From the IMG/VR virus record IMGVR_UViG_3300009502_000040: 64,000 nt of DNA; one strand, given 5' to 3'. Under the pieces are notes generated by a model. That model was given only the letters and a program-made list of their open reading frames with translations. It was not told where the DNA came from and did not search any database. Shown piece by piece: positions 38,534-48,564 of this stretch. This DNA comes from an uncultured virus (IMG/VR IMGVR_UViG_3300009502_000040) (lineage: Duplodnaviria; Heunggongvirae; Uroviricota; Caudoviricetes). The stretch's first letter is position 1. Every line of letters starts with the position of its first letter. Made by a program: the position numbers and the translations under genes.

Positions 38534-39250
38534 ATGGCAAAAGATAAATTAAACAACGTACTTTCCTTTACAGATCACCAAGCAAATTGGTCGCCAGTAA
38601 AAGCTAAGAAAACCAAAAGAACCGAAACAGGTTTAGATATTATAAATGAATATGCTGATAGCATGATGGAATGCCCAGATTGCGGTGCCGAAATTCAATA
38701 TAACGAATTTGATACAGAAATTGAATGTGGAGAATGTGGAAGAATATTTCAATTTGATGATAATGGGCAGGAACACCCAGATATGGGTAATATTGGTATC
38801 AAATCATTTATACGTCAATCGCAAGAAGCCGAAGAATCTGGTATCATAGAAGCAAAAGAAGAAAAAGAAACCAAAGAAAAAGAAGAAAAGGGTGGAATTT
38901 TCAGTAAAGAAAAAGAACTTAAATCAAATCCACTTTTCGGATACGCTGCTGTCAGGGATATGGAAATAAAAAAAATTGGTGAATTTGGAAGCAATCCATT
39001 CAATCTTAAAAATACAGATACCCCAAAAGAACGCCCAAGCTTGAATGCTGGTCAATTTATTGAAACCGAAAAAGTAAGCGGAAATATAAATAGAATTGAT
39101 GGCAGTAAAGTTTATATTGAATCTTTTGATGATCCTTTAAAAATTGTTGAAGTAGACCTTAAAGATGCTGTGAAAGATATCAAGGATAAAGATGGATACT
39201 TACCAATTTGTAAAATTGAAGATTGGTGGGAACTGAACAAAAAGAAATAA
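38534..39250 (+). CDS. Protein with shared N-terminal leader and zinc ribbon
   Basis: MAKDKLNNVLSF...TKRT...DIINE then CPDCG...CGECG. Confidence 0.75.
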   Translation: MAKDKLNNVLSFTDHQANWSPVKAKKTKRTETGLDIINEYADSMMECPDCGAEIQYNEFDTEIECGECGRIFQFDDNGQEHPDMGNIGIKSFIRQSQEAEESGIIEAKEEKETKEKEEKGGIFSKEKELKSNPLFGYAAVRDMEIKKIGEFGSNPFNLKNTDTPKERPSLNAGQFIETEKVSGNINRIDGSKVYIESFDDPLKIVEVDLKDAVKDIKDKDGYLPICKIEDWWELNKKK

Positions 39251-39268
39251 TTCTCTCTCAAATAATGA

Positions 39269-39303
39269 AAAACGTGGGATAATCTTAAGATTCCCCACGT
39301 TTT
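39269..39303. terminator. Bidirectional terminator-like hairpin
   Basis: AAAACGTGGG...CCCACGTTTT between convergent genes. Confidence 0.65.
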
Positions 39304-40286
39304 AATTCATTATCTAATTCACTATAGTTTTTATCAATTATAATAATATAATTATAGCCTAATAATTTACATTGTTTTTCTTTTAATATATTCATTTTTA
39401 AATATTTATTATACCAATATGAGGATTTTATTTCCACAATTAAATTTAAATTTGGTATATAAAAATCAGAATGATACATTTTAATTTCGCTATCCAATAA
39501 ATATTTAAGTGATTTCCCATTTTTTATGGTAATTTTATCATAATATTTTATTAAAAAATCCAATTCATATGACCCCTGATATAATAATTCAGTATTGTTG
39601 AATGTCTTTCTCCTCAATGAAGTAATTTGGGATTTTTTCATTATCTCATAATTCTTCATTGGATTATCAACACCATACTTATCAATAAATATTTCCTTAA
39701 TTCTATCTTTTAATAAATCAGAATGCAATGTGCACTTACTACCCCACTTATTTAAATTGTATATTTCAGTTTTATTTTTCACATTTTCATTTTTAGGTGC
39801 CGAAATAAAACCATATTTTTTTAAATTGGTTTTATTTGTTTTGTTCCTTACATCTTCCACTTGTTGTGGATTTTCAACATTATATTTTTTAATACAAGTT
39901 GATTTTGATTTATTTCTATTGTTATAATTTTTATTATTATATTTAGCCTGTTTTGATTCTTTGGATAACTCCTTTATTTCATTCAATTGAAATCCATTTT
40001 CAACTCCATATCTTTTCAACATAGTATTTTTATAACTTATCCTACTACATTTATTACAAGTATATTTGCCATCATCTTTACAACTCAAATAATAATCCTG
40101 AATTCTTAATAATTTTTCGGTGCCACAATTATCGCATTTAATTAAAATTCTAATTTGGCTGTTTTTAGGCAAGTCTTCAACTTTAATGATGTTTTTTTCT
40201 TTAGTGTTAATATTATAACCTAATTCTCTATATCTTTTTATTGATATTCCTTTAATAAAAATATTTACTTCACTTGTCAGAATCAT
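39285..40286 (-). CDS. Homing-type endonuclease: Zn finger, K(K/R)YG(V)xN repeats, C-terminal PD-(D/E)XK domain
   Basis: CDNCG...CNKC; KRYGVEN/KKYNVEN/DKYGVDN; SYE...YHSDFYI...VEIKS. Confidence 0.75.
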   Translation of the reverse strand: MILTSEVNIFIKGISIKRYRELGYNINTKEKNIIKVEDLPKNSQIRILIKCDNCGTEKLLRIQDYYLSCKDDGKYTCNKCSRISYKNTMLKRYGVENGFQLNEIKELSKESKQAKYNNKNYNNRNKSKSTCIKKYNVENPQQVEDVRNKTNKTNLKKYGFISAPKNENVKNKTEIYNLNKWGSKCTLHSDLLKDRIKEIFIDKYGVDNPMKNYEIMKKSQITSLRRKTFNNTELLYQGSYELDFLIKYYDKITIKNGKSLKYLLDSEIKMYHSDFYIPNLNLIVEIKSSYWYNKYLKMNILKEKQCKLLGYNYIIIIDKNYSELDNELKRGES

Positions 40287-40413
40287 TTTTATTTTTATTT
40301 TTATATTCAGATATCAATTTTTCTATAAATTTAGATTTATTTAAACTTAAATCATTAAGATATTTTACCAGTTCTGTTTTTAATGAAATAGATATTTTTG
40401 TTTTATTCTTCAT
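40270..40413 (-). CDS. Ribbon-helix-helix protein (47 aa) overlapping endonuclease start
   Basis: Manual translation MKNKTKISISLKTELVKYLNDLSLNKSKFIEKLISEYKNKNKNDSDK. Confidence 0.78.
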   Translation of the reverse strand: MKNKTKISISLKTELVKYLNDLSLNKSKFIEKLISEYKNKNKNDSDK

Positions 40414-40464
40414 ACGTTATATATTAAATATAAAAGTAGTATTTTGCTACTTTTTCATACCGTT

Positions 40465-41940
40465 TTATAAAATTTCTAAATTTTTAAGTTCATTTTTTAA
40501 TTTTTCTAATTCCTCATGTTTTTCCATCATAATTTTTTTCCATTTTTTGCGATCATTATAAATTTCACCCATTACACAGGTGACCACACCAACCTCATGT
40601 TTGAATACTGATCCATTGAGAGTTATAATATCATCATCATTAATCATAAGTTGGTGACCGTTAAAAATTGAATATTCCTTATCTTTAACTTTTTGACCTT
40701 TATATGAATCTGCGGATATATTAAACTGCCGCATCGTTGTTGGATAAAGTGACGCAAAGTCATAGCAACATGTCCAACGTGCCATTCCTTTCACAGGTTC
40801 TTTTACCCAGCCACCCTTTACAGATTTATTTTCTGTATCTCCAAGATCATCATGCTCATCACGAACCAATACAACATTCTTTTGATCTCTTAATTTCTCC
40901 CTCAGGATTCCTTCAGTAAGAGCAAGGGTTGATAACGAATCTTTCACTTTAATCTTACCAAGAACAGCCATCCCATACATAATATCAACATATTTCATTT
41001 TCTTATGAATCTGCTGAACAAGGGCGGAGTCAATCGCATTATAAAAAACGAATTTCTTATAATCTTCACGATACAATCTTTTCAGGTCACCTTCATAGTT
41101 AACCTTTTTGCAATCCTTACCAAGAATCTTTTCTGATGCAAAATCCAAACTGGTACTTTCCTTAACTTTTACTGATGTGTCCCATTTAGAAAACAATTCC
41201 ATATAATCAACGATAATACGATGCGATGGAATTTCTGCATAAGAATTTTGAATACCACCTTTATATTGCATTGGTTCTATCAATTTCTTTGTAAAAGATG
41301 CAACAGATGGGTCAAGCCCAATATTTCTTGCCCTATTAACAAGGAACACCCAGTCATATTCCAAAAAATTCCAGCCAGTAATAACAGCCATTTTTGGCAC
41401 AAGAACATTAAAATAATTATGCATCATATCATATTCAGTTTTAAACTGAACATATGTAAAATTATAATTTGTTTCGAATTTTTTAAAATGTAAGTTAATA
41501 TCGCTTTTAATTGAATCGACTTGGTTTGAATTTAACGGCAAAGTGCCAATAACCATTATATTGTTTTTGTTTACAACAGAAATTGTTTGAATTTTACTTT
41601 CTGCTGATCTTGGGTCTGGTCTTTTATCCAAAATTTCATTTTCGATATCACAAAACCAAATATCTGGTTCAGAATAATCATAAATTTCTTTACGTTCTTC
41701 CTCTGGTAAATTATCAATAAAATCGTAGATTGAATACTTATTTGGATACTTGGTATAAATTTCTTTTACGCTGCGACCATCCCATGTTACAAACCGACCA
41801 CTTTTTTCTGGATCATCATCCCCAGTTAATATAAATTTTGCTGGTCTTGACCAATTTTTATACTTTAATTTTATTTTACCATCACCGTTTATGTAACTAA
41901 TTATCAGATTATTACTACGAAATTCATGATCAACGAGCAT
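40465..41940 (-). CDS. Family B DNA polymerase, N-terminal subunit (3'-5' exonuclease + motif A)
   Basis: ExoI DIE, ExoII GWN...YD, ExoIII YNAID, GG.V..P, motif A DFASLYP; stops before motifs B and C. Confidence 0.9.
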   Translation of the reverse strand: MLVDHEFRSNNLIISYINGDGKIKLKYKNWSRPAKFILTGDDDPEKSGRFVTWDGRSVKEIYTKYPNKYSIYDFIDNLPEEERKEIYDYSEPDIWFCDIENEILDKRPDPRSAESKIQTISVVNKNNIMVIGTLPLNSNQVDSIKSDINLHFKKFETNYNFTYVQFKTEYDMMHNYFNVLVPKMAVITGWNFLEYDWVFLVNRARNIGLDPSVASFTKKLIEPMQYKGGIQNSYAEIPSHRIIVDYMELFSKWDTSVKVKESTSLDFASEKILGKDCKKVNYEGDLKRLYREDYKKFVFYNAIDSALVQQIHKKMKYVDIMYGMAVLGKIKVKDSLSTLALTEGILREKLRDQKNVVLVRDEHDDLGDTENKSVKGGWVKEPVKGMARWTCCYDFASLYPTTMRQFNISADSYKGQKVKDKEYSIFNGHQLMINDDDIITLNGSVFKHEVGVVTCVMGEIYNDRKKWKKIMMEKHEELEKLKNELKNLEIL

Positions 41941-42050
41941 ATAGATTTATTATTTTATTCTTATATATAAATACAAGAACAAAGTTTAAAACATTTTTAG
42001 CCAAAACAGACCTAACCTGAATAATATATACAATAAAAAACATAGCTTAA

Positions 42051-42428
42051 ATGGTTGAAAAAATTGATCTCCTTGGGAAAGTGGCTAAATTCCCAAAAAA
42101 TACTAAGGCAAGCAAAGCATATAACTTTCTTGAAAATGTAAAAGTTTCAAAAAAGAAATTATGGTATATACTTATCGAAAAGGATGAGAATGAGCTTCAA
42201 TGCATTAAATACAACAATAAAATGGGGGTCAATTTAACGCTATTTATTGAGCAACTTAAGGATTATTATAAAAAAGATAAAAGTATATCTGAATATATTA
42301 AGCAATTGAATATTGAAGGAAATGATAAATTTTCCATCATTAAAAATATTCCAGATGTTGAGGTAAAACCAGGTAAAAAAATGATAACATTTTTAACCGA
42401 AAACCTTATCCAGCTTCTTTATAAGTAA
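42051..42428 (+). CDS. Hypothetical protein, paralogue of 20758-21306
   Basis: By-eye alignment; TAATATATAC upstream. Confidence 0.75.
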   Translation: MVEKIDLLGKVAKFPKNTKASKAYNFLENVKVSKKKLWYILIEKDENELQCIKYNNKMGVNLTLFIEQLKDYYKKDKSISEYIKQLNIEGNDKFSIIKNIPDVEVKPGKKMITFLTENLIQLLYK

Positions 42429-43655
42429 TTACGTTATTTCTACAAGAATACCATTTACAAAATGATATGTGCTTCCACCAACTGTAAATTGCCTTGTCAC
42501 ACCAGCCTTTTCGGTTGTTCCAGACATCGTTATAAAACCAGAATCACTATATACACTTTTACCTGATGCCATTTTAATGTCACTATTTTTATCGAAAAAT
42601 GTGTTATTTGAATAGGTTATTGCCGATGATGATTTAACATCTGTATAATATGTAGATGCTGAAAGGGTTATTCCAGATGAATATGTTACTGCCGATAAAA
42701 CTTTAGCATCAGTGTAATATGTAGTGGCTGATAGTGAATATGTGACAGCCGATGTTGTAGCCGACAATACGACTATTTCAGTCTCAGTTTTTGTATACGT
42801 TGCACCAGTATAATAAAAAGATGGAAAAGATTTTAAATCAGTTCCACCAGTACCAAATGATTGATCTGAGCCATTTGTACCTCTCATTTTAATTCCAGTA
42901 ACAAGCCCACCAGCAAGACTAAGCTGAACACTACCATTAGCTAAATTGTAGAGGTTTTGAACTGTCAATCCAGGTTCTACTCCACCAGTAAACCCATATG
43001 AAGAATATCCATTTGAAAATGTTTGACCAGATACGACCATTGAATAACGACCTGACGGAAGAGCCCCTTCAGGATCATCAGTATTAATCCAATTTACATA
43101 CAAAGCGGCAGCCGCACCAGCGGTACCATGTAAAAATGATTTACCAATTACATTAAAATCTCCATCATAAGCCGATGTTGAAACTATTTTTCCAATATAT
43201 ACATTTCCACCATTAGCACTTTGAATATTTCCGCTTCCAATATCATTCCAATATGTTGCCCCAGTTGTCCCCGACATGGCAGTTCCACCACTGGTTAAAC
43301 TCATCCAAGTTATCCCATTATATCCAAAGAAATCTTTAGATGTGCTATTGTATTGTATTGATCCCTCAGTGTTTCCATCTGCGGAACCAATAGTTATAGC
43401 ACCAGCAACTCTGAATTTTTCCGTACTTGTGCTTGATGTTCCAACTCCAACTTTACCACTATCATAATAAATATCACTTCCTATTTTTTTCCAATCGCTG
43501 GTTGGGCCTGTTCCACCACTGGAAACATAAATAATATTTCTAAGTTGATCCATAACCCATAATCCACCTGAGTCGTATCCAATATATACGTGACCATCTT
43601 CTGGTGGATATGGTAAAGAAGCGTTCTCTATAATGGCAATTTTTTGGAAACTCAT
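42429..43655 (-). CDS. Gly/Ser/Thr-rich virion (tail-fibre-like) protein
   Basis: IYY..GKVGVGT repeat type, G.IQYN....F.GYNG.TW motif, many S[GA]xT units. Confidence 0.65.
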   Translation of the reverse strand: MSFQKIAIIENASLPYPPEDGHVYIGYDSGGLWVMDQLRNIIYVSSGGTGPTSDWKKIGSDIYYDSGKVGVGTSSTSTEKFRVAGAITIGSADGNTEGSIQYNSTSKDFFGYNGITWMSLTSGGTAMSGTTGATYWNDIGSGNIQSANGGNVYIGKIVSTSAYDGDFNVIGKSFLHGTAGAAAALYVNWINTDDPEGALPSGRYSMVVSGQTFSNGYSSYGFTGGVEPGLTVQNLYNLANGSVQLSLAGGLVTGIKMRGTNGSDQSFGTGGTDLKSFPSFYYTGATYTKTETEIVVLSATTSAVTYSLSATTYYTDAKVLSAVTYSSGITLSASTYYTDVKSSSAITYSNNTFFDKNSDIKMASGKSVYSDSGFITMSGTTEKAGVTRQFTVGGSTYHFVNGILVEIT

Positions 43656-43705
43656 GTATCGTAGATTATTTTGTAAACTATATATAAAAATTTACATTAA
43701 ATAAT

Positions 43706-44164
43706 TCAGATGTTTCCAATTTTTTTATCTATCTGTTCAATTTTTAACTGGCGTTCTCTCTTAATTTTATACCCAAGCGGTATAAATTCCTCAATTAAAG
43801 AATATCTATCACACAAAATTTCATTTTTTGTAACATAATTCTCATTATAATCATTAGTTCCAAAACAATCTGTTCTTAATGATATAATTTCATCCCAAAT
43901 TTCTGATGTTGCTATACGATATTCTTGCCAAACATTTTCGGCAACTTTTATATGAATAATTGCCCTTGAGAAAATAATAGGCGCACCACCCTCTACAGAA
44001 ATGCTAAGATTTCCATCCTTTCCACTTTTTAACCACCTTAAAACAATATTACTCAACTTCTTTTTAAATGCTGGTGTACATATATACGAACCTAAATGTG
44101 GATGCGTGTAATATGATGATTCTTTCATTGAAACAAACTTACCATTTAAATAAATATTAGCCAT
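43706..44164 (-). CDS. Hypothetical protein with RxxKIxxI tag
   Basis: ends RQLKIEQIDKKIGNI. Confidence 0.75.
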   Translation of the reverse strand: MANIYLNGKFVSMKESSYYTHPHLGSYICTPAFKKKLSNIVLRWLKSGKDGNLSISVEGGAPIIFSRAIIHIKVAENVWQEYRIATSEIWDEIISLRTDCFGTNDYNENYVTKNEILCDRYSLIEEFIPLGYKIKRERQLKIEQIDKKIGNI

Positions 44165-44166
44165 TT

Positions 44167-46629
44167 TTATTTTATTTTTAATTCAATATCTAAAATTTTA
44201 TTGAATTTTAGAAATGTTATAATTATTTTGTCCGTTAAAGCATGTAAAACATCACCAGGTGATGTCCAAATAGAATATTCCTTCGCAAATGTCACATCAG
44301 TTAAACATTGATATATTTTATATGGATTGTTACCATCTTTAATTTGAACGTGTAGTTCTGGGCTTCTATCTTCACCACTGTAATTAAAGGTTATTTTATT
44401 TTTTTCAATTTCATATGTTATATTAAATAATTCAGGAGTTATGCTAACATCATCTTTGGTATATTTATCAAAATCAAATGAAATTATTGGCTCAGCAACC
44501 AAGCTACCTTTGATAATTTGTTCAACAACCATATTAGGTGAAATATTTTTAGTGCATTCAAAATGTCGTTCAGTATCTCTATACTCTGGGCACCAATCCC
44601 ACGTTCCACGATCAAACTCATGTGAATTAAAACACCCATTGCATACATTAAAATTATGAACATTTATATTTCCAGTTTTAAATTCACAAATTGGATCACT
44701 GAAGCCAGAAATCATTAAAACTTTCTTACCCAATGCCCAAGCAAGCCAACTCAGCCCAGAACCAATTCCAATAAAAAACTCACAATGAGAAAGCTCATTA
44801 ATCCTATGCTCGATTGGGAAATTACCAGTTCTATTAATAATATTTTTTAATTTTGTTGCTTGCTTACTAATAGCAACTACTTTATATCCCTGAACATTTA
44901 GCCAGTCTACTAAAATTTGCCACCCAATATTCGAATCTTTGTATGGATAATGCCAATGTTTAGCATTAGCAGTTGAAAATTGGGCAATGCATACGTATTT
45001 TTCTTTGATTGGTCTGGTGCCAATTGGTGCGTTAACTTTAGGGATAATTTCATTATATGGTAATCCTAAAATATCAGACGCTGTTTTTTGCAATGGTATT
45101 CTTTTATAATCATTTGGATTTTTTACTTTACTCCAAGGCTGAAACCATCCAATAATATATCTTGCATAAATCCCAGTCAAATTATCATCTGGCTCAACAA
45201 AATTTATATTTGGATATTTTTTAATAAACCACTTATTCCAAAATGTGCTACAATACATTTCGCAATCATGAATTTTTCTAAACTCTTCAACATATGGAAA
45301 CCAAGCTAACGTATCACCAATAGATTTACTATCAAGCTGGACAAAAACTCGTTTACCTTTTAAATTAAAATCATGAGATTCGATAAGATTTCCGCCTCGC
45401 ATAACATTTACTTGCCATTCTCTATAATAAACAATATTTGTTTTTGCATGAAGAACTACAGAAGAATCAACAGTTTCGAGGGTTGTTTTATAATTGTTTA
45501 TCGGGTTCTGTTTATCAATAAATTCTACATCAAAATTTATTCTTTTATTTGCGGTTACTTCAAATTTAGCCCCGTCAACAAAACTAATATTATAATTATA
45601 TTTTTCAGGTAAAATACTATCATATTCACTATACATTAAATCTTTGAATTTGTCAGAATCATCATTTTCATTTTTTCCTTTTAATCTGAAAGAAAATTTA
45701 TCTATAATAGTTTTGACATCAGTATCAATATCGCCAGTAAGATATGTTACTATTGAATCATATGAGTCTCCATATGTATCCAATTTTTTCAAAAACACTG
45801 GGATATTATATGAAAGTGCTTCTCTTACCGCCAATGGATTAAGTTCTAACGTGCTTGGATGTATTAACATATCTGATGCTTGATAGAAAATATCTACATC
45901 AGAACGCTCCCCCCACACAAAGCAATTTTCAGGTTTATCGGTTAATAACGGTTCCCAATAATCTTTAAAATTAGTAGCTTGATTTCCTATAAAGTGAAAT
46001 TTTACTTTATAATCTATCATTTTTTTAGCAATTTCAAAAACATATCCTTGGTTTTTAAATTCATTGAAAAGCCCAACATTTAAAATATGTAAATATTCAG
46101 GATCAAATTCGAGTTTATCGATTGATTGACTTTTATTTATTTCTGGTGATGTAATTGGATATTCTGCCAAAGTTGACGGAATATTAAATTTGGAATATTG
46201 CTTCATACTATGCTGAGAAACAAACATAAATTTATCAGGAAAAAACTTTTTATCATCAACGTTAAAGGTTGATGTATGAGTACATTCGATAATTTTATAT
46301 GGTCTGTCTGGACGATAAAGCCATTCAGCATGCTCTTGACGCATAAACATTTCTGGAATTTCTTCCATGTGAATTACATCGGGTGATATTTTTTCAATAT
46401 ATTCTGAAAAATGATCACGAAGTTCTTCTGTTTCATGCCGCCCAAGGGTAATAAAATGATCACCAAGCAATTCAATTAGCTTATCACGTTGAACAACATA
46501 TTTCCATGCTAATTGTTTATATTCAATAACATATACATCATGAATATCTTTTAATAATTCAACCCGTTTTAATACAACTTGAGGCATGCCTCCCGTAGAC
46601 ATATGACCAGCCAAAAACAATATTTTCAT
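44167..46629 (-). CDS. GT4-type glycosyltransferase fused to Aah/TibC-type (autotransporter O-heptosyltransferase) domain
   Basis: N-terminal STGGMP...KNQ...ELNPL..REA (GT-B/GT4); C-terminal IGDTLAWFPY, AKHW, FIGIGSGLSWLAW, SGFS and four-Cys CNGC...WCP...FECTK. Confidence 0.85.
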   Translation of the reverse strand: MKILFLAGHMSTGGMPQVVLKRVELLKDIHDVYVIEYKQLAWKYVVQRDKLIELLGDHFITLGRHETEELRDHFSEYIEKISPDVIHMEEIPEMFMRQEHAEWLYRPDRPYKIIECTHTSTFNVDDKKFFPDKFMFVSQHSMKQYSKFNIPSTLAEYPITSPEINKSQSIDKLEFDPEYLHILNVGLFNEFKNQGYVFEIAKKMIDYKVKFHFIGNQATNFKDYWEPLLTDKPENCFVWGERSDVDIFYQASDMLIHPSTLELNPLAVREALSYNIPVFLKKLDTYGDSYDSIVTYLTGDIDTDVKTIIDKFSFRLKGKNENDDSDKFKDLMYSEYDSILPEKYNYNISFVDGAKFEVTANKRINFDVEFIDKQNPINNYKTTLETVDSSVVLHAKTNIVYYREWQVNVMRGGNLIESHDFNLKGKRVFVQLDSKSIGDTLAWFPYVEEFRKIHDCEMYCSTFWNKWFIKKYPNINFVEPDDNLTGIYARYIIGWFQPWSKVKNPNDYKRIPLQKTASDILGLPYNEIIPKVNAPIGTRPIKEKYVCIAQFSTANAKHWHYPYKDSNIGWQILVDWLNVQGYKVVAISKQATKLKNIINRTGNFPIEHRINELSHCEFFIGIGSGLSWLAWALGKKVLMISGFSDPICEFKTGNINVHNFNVCNGCFNSHEFDRGTWDWCPEYRDTERHFECTKNISPNMVVEQIIKGSLVAEPIISFDFDKYTKDDVSITPELFNITYEIEKNKITFNYSGEDRSPELHVQIKDGNNPYKIYQCLTDVTFAKEYSIWTSPGDVLHALTDKIIITFLKFNKILDIELKIK

Positions 46630-46679
46630 CTACTATATTTTTTTTACTCATATAGATGAAAATATTATAAATGTTTGAA

Positions 46680-48161
46680 TCAGATTACAATAAATAACAA
46701 ATATTGTGTAATACTATTTCCGCATTTATCTGCAACATAAAACTTAACACAATAATAGCCAGCGACTGTAATATTGCCAACTTCACCTGATATATTAGCT
46801 ACTAAAACACTTAAGCTATCTTTCGTTATACTTAAATCAACGGCATCTGTAACGGAGTCAATAATATTAAGAATAATATCAGCATGTGTTATTGAAGATA
46901 AACTAAAACCTGATAAACTTAAAGTAAATCCACTGGTTATAGTTATACCTGAAGTTATCCCAGTGATACCAGAATATGTAGTAGTATTTCCAGTCATTGC
47001 AGTTAATACTCCAGCATAATATGCTATTACAGGAGGTGCATCATCAACATAAATTGTTGAAATTACATTTGTTGTTAAATTTCCAGCAATATCGCTCACA
47101 CTTAATGTCAATCGATACATTCCCTCTTCTGTAATTTCAGTTAATTCTGGAATACTGCCAAATTTTTGTAGAGTAAGAGTAATGGCTGATATTGGAATAT
47201 TACCATCCCAAATATCAGTAACCCCACTTACAAAATAATCATTCAATTGTGATAATGTCCACCCAGTTATTGAATCGTGAATTAAATGCAAATATGCTGT
47301 AGATGGTGCGGTTATTCCTGTATATGGAGCATTATAATGGATAACAGGCGGTGTTGTATCGGTTCCACCAGATTGTACACAATTGGTATAAACATAATCC
47401 TGATCTAAATATCTATGATCAATATCAGCCCACACAAACATCATTCTTGCATAAACCTGATTTTTATCAAATTCACTTAAAAAAGTAAGTGTATACATTT
47501 TTGTGGTGGTATAAATTAGTATTTTTTTAGGATTTAGTTCTTCTGGAATAAATGATGATATTGAATTAAATGGAATATATGCCACAGGGTCTGAATTTGA
47601 ATTCAAAACTTTGAATTGAGTTGATCCACAACCATTTTTGTCAGTTACAACATTATTCCAATATAAATTTGAAAATGTAGTTCCAGTATTAATTGTTACT
47701 GGCTCAATGACTTCAATATCAGCCTGAAGAATATCCAAAACAACATCATAGTCAAGGTTATTATTAAGATAAATCTGAGGTAATTTGCTTCCAGACGATC
47801 CAGTTAATATCATCAATTTCCCAATTGGTCTTATGGTAAGTGGGTCATCTTCAAAATAATATTCAATGTTATATGAATCTTTTTCATATCTATAGTATGG
47901 GTCATTAACAGTATCGTATGTAACTTTTATCATTAAAAATGTAGATGTCTGTCCTACAAATCCACATATTAATGGCTGATCCATAAGACCACTCTTAAGC
48001 ACCATTCTGCCTCTATACTGAGCATCATATGTAATAGCCAAATCTTCTAAACTAAGTTTAGCTGTAACGTTAGGTCCTTCCGTTGCGATAAATGTACAAT
48101 TCCAGTTCTTTATACACTTCTCAGTGGGTTGTAAAAGGTCATTTGGAACAATCTTAGTCAT
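46680..48161 (-). CDS. Putative virion protein with Ig-like DTTPPVI / DDAPPVI domains
   Basis: Start moved to MTKIVP (48161), after ATATATA motif; D.AGN / D.CGN Ig-fold ends; SGxT/TGxT repeats. Confidence 0.65.
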   Translation of the reverse strand: MTKIVPNDLLQPTEKCIKNWNCTFIATEGPNVTAKLSLEDLAITYDAQYRGRMVLKSGLMDQPLICGFVGQTSTFLMIKVTYDTVNDPYYRYEKDSYNIEYYFEDDPLTIRPIGKLMILTGSSGSKLPQIYLNNNLDYDVVLDILQADIEVIEPVTINTGTTFSNLYWNNVVTDKNGCGSTQFKVLNSNSDPVAYIPFNSISSFIPEELNPKKILIYTTTKMYTLTFLSEFDKNQVYARMMFVWADIDHRYLDQDYVYTNCVQSGGTDTTPPVIHYNAPYTGITAPSTAYLHLIHDSITGWTLSQLNDYFVSGVTDIWDGNIPISAITLTLQKFGSIPELTEITEEGMYRLTLSVSDIAGNLTTNVISTIYVDDAPPVIAYYAGVLTAMTGNTTTYSGITGITSGITITSGFTLSLSGFSLSSITHADIILNIIDSVTDAVDLSITKDSLSVLVANISGEVGNITVAGYYCVKFYVADKCGNSITQYLLFIVI

Positions 48162-48229
48162 GGAAAAATATTTTTCTTTATATATAAAATTACCAAGCTG
48201 ATTTTTTATATATATCTTCAATGAAAGAA

Positions 48230-48550
48230 ATGAAGTATATTTTAACAATGAAAACATTTGAAGGAAAAAAACGATATTCATTTAAAGAGTATCAATTTCA
48301 AATTTTGGATTATGTTTTATTTTACAATAAAGACACTAATTATTTAGGGCTGGTTAAGGTTGAGAATATGTCAAGCTCTGAGATTTCATTTGAAGATATT
48401 ATACCTAAAAAATCAGACCCATCATTTAATTTTATAACATACGACATTAAACAAGAGGTACTTGCAGATGTTTTAGGAATATTTGATAATGAAGAAGAAG
48501 CAATTAAAGCATATCATCAAAAAATGGCTGAAAATAGATTTGATTTGTAA
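48230..48550 (+). CDS. Small protein with MKY..TMKTFE leader and RFDL tag
   Basis: ends MAENRFDL*. Confidence 0.75.
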   Translation: MKYILTMKTFEGKKRYSFKEYQFQILDYVLFYNKDTNYLGLVKVENMSSSEISFEDIIPKKSDPSFNFITYDIKQEVLADVLGIFDNEEEAIKAYHQKMAENRFDL

Positions 48551-48564
48551 AAAAAATAAATAAC

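Noticed and set aside
39285..40464. Group I intron or intein interrupting the polymerase
   Set aside because: No downstream polymerase exon; cassette has its own promoter motif and is followed by a convergent gene; no room for a structured intron core
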